Source: an uncultured Acidobacteriaceae bacterium (GTDB lineage Bacteria; Acidobacteriota; Terriglobia; Bryobacterales; Bryobacteraceae). Taken from it: a stretch of DNA of 64,000 bases. Position numbers and translations under genes: made by a program. The notes under the pieces were generated by a model. The model searched no databases and was not told the origin of the DNA. It saw only the letters and a list, made by a program, of their open reading frames with translations. The stretch is taken from NCBI GenBank assembly GCA_963846035.1, contig CAWJUK010000027.1:3867-67866 (forward strand). Direction: 5' to 3'. Shown piece after piece: positions 60,231 through 64,000 of this stretch (within the stretch, counting starts at the first letter, position 1; each line of letters begins with the position of its first letter).

Positions 60231-62228
60231 ATGTCGGGATTCCGCAAGCTTAAACAGCGCATCGGGATATCTGGAATCATTTTTCTTTTCGGTCTCGCGC
60301 TGTTTCTTATCTTCTATTTCACGAATCGCGGCGGCCTTGCAGCACTCATGGTCGTCCTGGATATCCCGTTCGCCGCAATCATGGCATTTCGGGCGTTTCG
60401 CTTCATCACTCGCCATTCCTTGTGGAGCCTCCGCAATCGTCTTCTTTTCGTATACGGCCTGATCGGTGTTCTGCCCATTCTGCTTCTGTTCGTGCTGATT
60501 GGACTCGGCGTCTGGGCGCTGATGAGTGAGCTCGCCATCTATCTCGCGAGCTCCGCGCTTGATCGCAGCCTCGAATCGATCCATGTCTCGACGGAAACAA
60601 TCGAAAAACTCCCTCCCGAAGATCGCCGGGTAGCTGTGCCGGAAACCATCAGAAGGCTTGACGAGACCTTCCCCGGCATCACCTTTTACATCAAAGATGC
60701 GACCGGCGATCATCGTTATCCGCCCGACCGCCCCCCCCTCCCGCTACCCCCGGGTTGGAAAGACGTGCACGGCCTCTTGGTGGTGAACCACGATTTCTAC
60801 GCGTGGGCTCACGCTATCGATGGGAACGGAGAGACCACCGCGATCGCTCCGCTATCGAACGGCACATTGGCGAACCTGGTTCCTCACCTGGGCGTGATCG
60901 CTCTGGTTGAAACCGGCGGTCATAGCAACCTTACAAACCCAAGTCCATCACACGTAAAGTTCAGCGTCGAAAATCAGGATTTCCAACTGCCCTCGAACGA
61001 TTCATCTTCCAAAGCAAACGTTAGCCCCGTACCGCCGCCAGTCAACAAATTTGATATCGAAACTGCTTGGCCTTCCACCCGCTCGTATTATGAATTGGAC
61101 GATCCCGGACAGACCGACCATGCCGTCCTTTGGGTCCAATCGCGCCCTTCTGCGGTGTTGAGCGCCTTCTTCTCGGGCGGCGAGATTCTTCGGGGTGTCC
61201 TGTTCGACGCGGTGATTGTGGTCGCGGTTCTCTTTCTATTTGTCGAGATCGTTGCCGCGGCCATCGGAATCTCTCTCTCGCGCCGTATCACTCGCGCAGT
61301 CAATCAGCTTTATGAAGGCACGCGCGGCGTTATCCGCGGCGATTTCGCCCATCGCATCCCCGTTCGAAACCGTGACCAGCTGGGCGATCTCGCCGATTCT
61401 TTTAATCAGATGACCGCGAGAATTGAGAATTTGCTGATCGTTGAAAAAGAAAAGGAACGGCTGCAAACCGAAATCGAAATCGCGCGCGAAGTGCAAGGTC
61501 AGTTGTACCCGAAAGGAGCGCCTCCGGAGCAGGGCCTGAAACTCTCCGTCCGCTGCGATCCCGCCCGAATGGTCTCGGGCGATTACTACGATTACCAGGT
61601 GTTGCCAGACAACAGGCTTGCATTTGCAATCGGCGATGTTGCAGGCAAGGGAATTTCCGCTGCCCTTTTGATGGCCACCCTTCAAGCCGCCCTGAAAGCA
61701 CAACTCGCTCACGATACGCCGACGCGGGATAACGAATGCAGCAATGTACCCGATATTGACGCGGCCGAGGTAGTCTCGCGTCTGAATCAGCAGCTCTATG
61801 CCCATACTTCGCCCGAAAAATATGCCACCTTCTTTTTTGCCGTGTTCGATGAAACGACGCGAACCCTAACATACGCAAACGCGGGGCATCTGCCGCCTAT
61901 TCTGATCCGAAATGGAGATGTTCGCCGGCTTGATTCGAACGGCACTGTCGTGGGCGCGTTTCCGTTCGCCAAATACGAGGAGAGCTGCATCACGATGGAA
62001 CCCGGCGATTTGCTGGTCTGTTACACGGACGGCATCACAGAACCGGAAAATGCGTACGGAGAAATGTTTGGAGAAGAACGGCTCATCGAATTGGTTCGTA
62101 AGCACGCTCATGAACCCGACGAGCAGACCGTCAGCACCGTGCTGGACGCAGTCCGCAGTTGGACTGGGACACCGGAGCTGTTCGATGACATGACCCTGCT
62201 CCTCGCCCGTGATATCCAGCCGGCATGA
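60231..62228 (+). CDS. membrane sensor PP2C-type (SpoIIE/RsbU family) serine phosphatase with HAMP domain
   Basis: N-terminal TM segments flank an extracytoplasmic region of about 200 aa. The HAMP domain is RRITRAVNQLYEGTRGVIRGDFAHRIPV..LGDLADSFNQMTARI. The phosphatase motifs are SGDYYDY, AIGDVAGKGISAALLMA, YANAGH, VCYTDGITE, DDMTLL. Confidence 0.85.
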   Translation: MSGFRKLKQRIGISGIIFLFGLALFLIFYFTNRGGLAALMVVLDIPFAAIMAFRAFRFITRHSLWSLRNRLLFVYGLIGVLPILLLFVLIGLGVWALMSELAIYLASSALDRSLESIHVSTETIEKLPPEDRRVAVPETIRRLDETFPGITFYIKDATGDHRYPPDRPPLPLPPGWKDVHGLLVVNHDFYAWAHAIDGNGETTAIAPLSNGTLANLVPHLGVIALVETGGHSNLTNPSPSHVKFSVENQDFQLPSNDSSSKANVSPVPPPVNKFDIETAWPSTRSYYELDDPGQTDHAVLWVQSRPSAVLSAFFSGGEILRGVLFDAVIVVAVLFLFVEIVAAAIGISLSRRITRAVNQLYEGTRGVIRGDFAHRIPVRNRDQLGDLADSFNQMTARIENLLIVEKEKERLQTEIEIAREVQGQLYPKGAPPEQGLKLSVRCDPARMVSGDYYDYQVLPDNRLAFAIGDVAGKGISAALLMATLQAALKAQLAHDTPTRDNECSNVPDIDAAEVVSRLNQQLYAHTSPEKYATFFFAVFDETTRTLTYANAGHLPPILIRNGDVRRLDSNGTVVGAFPFAKYEESCITMEPGDLLVCYTDGITEPENAYGEMFGEERLIELVRKHAHEPDEQTVSTVLDAVRSWTGTPELFDDMTLLLARDIQPA

Positions 62229-63733
62229 AGATCGTTACCGCAGCCGAGATGCGCGAGATCGATCGCCTCACGATTGAGCGCGGCATTCCCGGGCTTGTTC
62301 TGATGGAAAATGCGGGAAACCGGGTGGTGGATTTCCTCTGCGATACCTTCGCTCCTTTGCACGAGCAGCGAGTGGCCGTCGTGTGTGGCAAAGGAAACAA
62401 CGGCGGCGACGGATTCGTGATCGCGCGCCAGCTTTTTACCCGCCAGCTCTGCCGTGAACTGACGGTTTTCGAACTGTTCCCTCCTGAAACGCTGACCGGG
62501 GATGCGCTTGCGAACCGCCGCATGCTGGACGCCTGCGCTTGCCCCGTTCAGTCTGAATTACCAAACGAACCCAATTTCGCGACCATCGTCGTGGACGCGA
62601 TCCTCGGAACTGGCCTCTCCGGACCGGCGACGGGCGCTCCGGCCCAAGCTATAGAAATCATCAATCATAATTTCCCTCTCGCCAAGAAAGTCGCGGTTGA
62701 TATGCCATCCGGTTTGCCATCGGATGAAACGAACCCACCGGGCCAATTTGTCCGCGCCGATTACACTGTTACATTCACTGTTGCGAAACGAAGCCAGTGT
62801 CTGCCGCCCAGTTATGAGTTGATGGGGAAGCTGACTGTCGTTCCGATTGGCAGCGCGACCGAAATTTACGAAACGAACCCAAACTACAAACTGAACCTCA
62901 CGACGCTCGATGATATTCGCCATCTCTTCGGCAAGCGGCCGTGTGATTCGAACAAGGGTATGTACGGTCACGTTTTGGTCGTCGGCGGATCGTTGGGCAA
63001 GAGCGGCGCACCCGCAATGGTTGGATTAGGGTCGTATCGTGCGGGGGCCGGTCTCGTAACAGTAGCCGTGCCGGATGCCGTGCTCCCGACGACTGCCGCA
63101 TTCTGTCCCGAGCTGATGACCGAGCCGCTCGAGGGCGCTCGCGATGCCGTTGAATTAGTTCAGAAAAAAAATGTCCTTGCGCTGGGTCCGGGCCTAGGCA
63201 CAGCAGCCGAGACCGTTCGTTTGGTAAGAGAACTTTACGAGGGTGCCGATATTCCTGCGGTCGTTGATGCCGATGCTCTGAATGCTCTAGCTGGATCTTT
63301 GCCGCGGACCTCGCGAGTTCGCATTTTGACGCCGCATCCGGGAGAGATGGCCCGACTCACCGGAAAATCGGTGAAAGACGTGCAAGGCGACCGCCTCGGG
63401 TCCGCGCAACGCTTGGCCGCCGAGAGCGGCGCCACCGTGGTCCTGAAAGGCGATCGGACCATCATCGCGTTTCCCGGTGGCGAAACTTGGGTGAATCCGA
63501 CCGGCTCACCGGCTCTTGCGACGGGCGGCACGGGCGACGTGTTGACAGGGATGATCGCCGGCTTGGTTGCCCAGCACCCAAAAGACTGGCAGCGCGCGGC
63601 CATCGCAGCCGTCTGGTTACATGGCCGCTGTGGCGAGTTAGCCGCCCGGAAGTGGGGCGAAGAGGCAACCATGGCCACCGACGTTCTGGACTTCCTACCT
63701 GAGGCCATGAATGAAGTCCGTCCTCCGGTTTGA
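62225..63733 (+). CDS. nnr: bifunctional NAD(P)H-hydrate repair enzyme (epimerase / ADP-dependent dehydratase)
   Basis: The YjeF_N region is VVCGKGNNGGDGFVIA. The C-terminal kinase-like domain has GHVLVVGGSLGKSGA and GSPALATGGTGDVLTG. The ATGA start overlaps the phosphatase stop. Confidence 0.9.
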   Translation: MKIVTAAEMREIDRLTIERGIPGLVLMENAGNRVVDFLCDTFAPLHEQRVAVVCGKGNNGGDGFVIARQLFTRQLCRELTVFELFPPETLTGDALANRRMLDACACPVQSELPNEPNFATIVVDAILGTGLSGPATGAPAQAIEIINHNFPLAKKVAVDMPSGLPSDETNPPGQFVRADYTVTFTVAKRSQCLPPSYELMGKLTVVPIGSATEIYETNPNYKLNLTTLDDIRHLFGKRPCDSNKGMYGHVLVVGGSLGKSGAPAMVGLGSYRAGAGLVTVAVPDAVLPTTAAFCPELMTEPLEGARDAVELVQKKNVLALGPGLGTAAETVRLVRELYEGADIPAVVDADALNALAGSLPRTSRVRILTPHPGEMARLTGKSVKDVQGDRLGSAQRLAAESGATVVLKGDRTIIAFPGGETWVNPTGSPALATGGTGDVLTGMIAGLVAQHPKDWQRAAIAAVWLHGRCGELAARKWGEEATMATDVLDFLPEAMNEVRPPV

Positions 63734-64000
63734 AACTTCGTCGGACGAAGAAACGCGGGCACTCGGCTCGCGTCTCGCTCCTTTCCTCCCCCAGACGGGA
63801 GTGGTGCTCCTGATTGGAGAGCTCGGCGCGGGGAAGACGACGCTTGCTAAAGGAATCGTCGAGGGGCGGAAGGTAGCGGCCGCAGATGAGGTCTCCAGCC
63901 CAACCTTTACCTTGATTCATGAGTATGGTGACCCCGTCAGCATTTATCACCTCGATCTCTACCGGCTCGAAACTGCTGAACAAGCCCGACGGATCGGGAT
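63711..64000 (+). CDS. tsaE: tRNA threonylcarbamoyladenosine biosynthesis protein TsaE; the 3' end lies outside the window
   Basis: This ORF is not in the ORF track because it is open at the window end. ATG 63711 gives MKSVLRFETSSDEETRALG..LIGELGAGKTTLAKGIV..SSPTFTLIHEY..IYHLDLYRLE. It overlaps the nnr 3' end by 23 nt. Confidence 0.85.
   Translation, partial: MKSVLRFETSSDEETRALGSRLAPFLPQTGVVLLIGELGAGKTTLAKGIVEGRKVAAADEVSSPTFTLIHEYGDPVSIYHLDLYRLETAEQARRIG

Overview
GC-rich 64-kb chromosomal segment. The gene content looks like Acidobacteriota (Terriglobia-like): CarboxypepD_reg-type TonB-dependent receptors, an ECF sigma / Ser-Thr kinase pair, a BNR/sortilin-type protein and many secreted beta-propeller proteins. 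This placement is inferred from family content only; no search was run.

I can support about 46 protein-coding loci and one tRNA-Leu(CAG). I found no rRNA, CRISPR array, transposase, integrase or phage genes.

Content, left to right:
- miaB, BFN nuclease, and an ECF sigma with a membrane partner.
- A serine-biosynthesis pair (class-V aminotransferase and serA), a CPBP protease, and gdhA.
- An ECF43-type sigma plus TPR Ser/Thr kinase, divergently paired with an 1183-aa secreted protein of unknown function.
- An amino-acid permease, thiE and a secreted RNase T2.
- A rimO-yacG-pgpA-(IPT/NHL)-cinA string.
- nadE translationally coupled to a beta-propeller/phosphoesterase fusion.
- An alpha-glucan cluster: membrane regulator, TBDR and two GH13 enzymes.
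- A second TBDR-MBL-BNR cluster.
- An OmpA/DUF4398 protein, argD, and a CbiM-(PDGLE-like)-CbiQ fusion with CbiO.
- A decayed patch next to tRNA-Leu.
- A SmtA-like metallothionein candidate.
- A phospholipase-C-type phosphoesterase fused to 14 tectonin-like repeats.
- MscS, manA, LOG, AlkD and a cupin.
- A HAMP-PP2C phosphatase-nnr-tsaE string.

The most unusual sequence-level property is at least 21 single-nucleotide reading-frame breaks in otherwise full-length genes. Nineteen of them behave as one surplus base. They are distributed very unevenly: 15 lie in 33.98-46.29 kb and none in 11.5-33.98 kb.

The best candidates for new biology are the sigma/kinase/giant secreted protein module and the phosphoesterase-tectonin fusion. 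All functional calls come from motifs read by eye in the translations.
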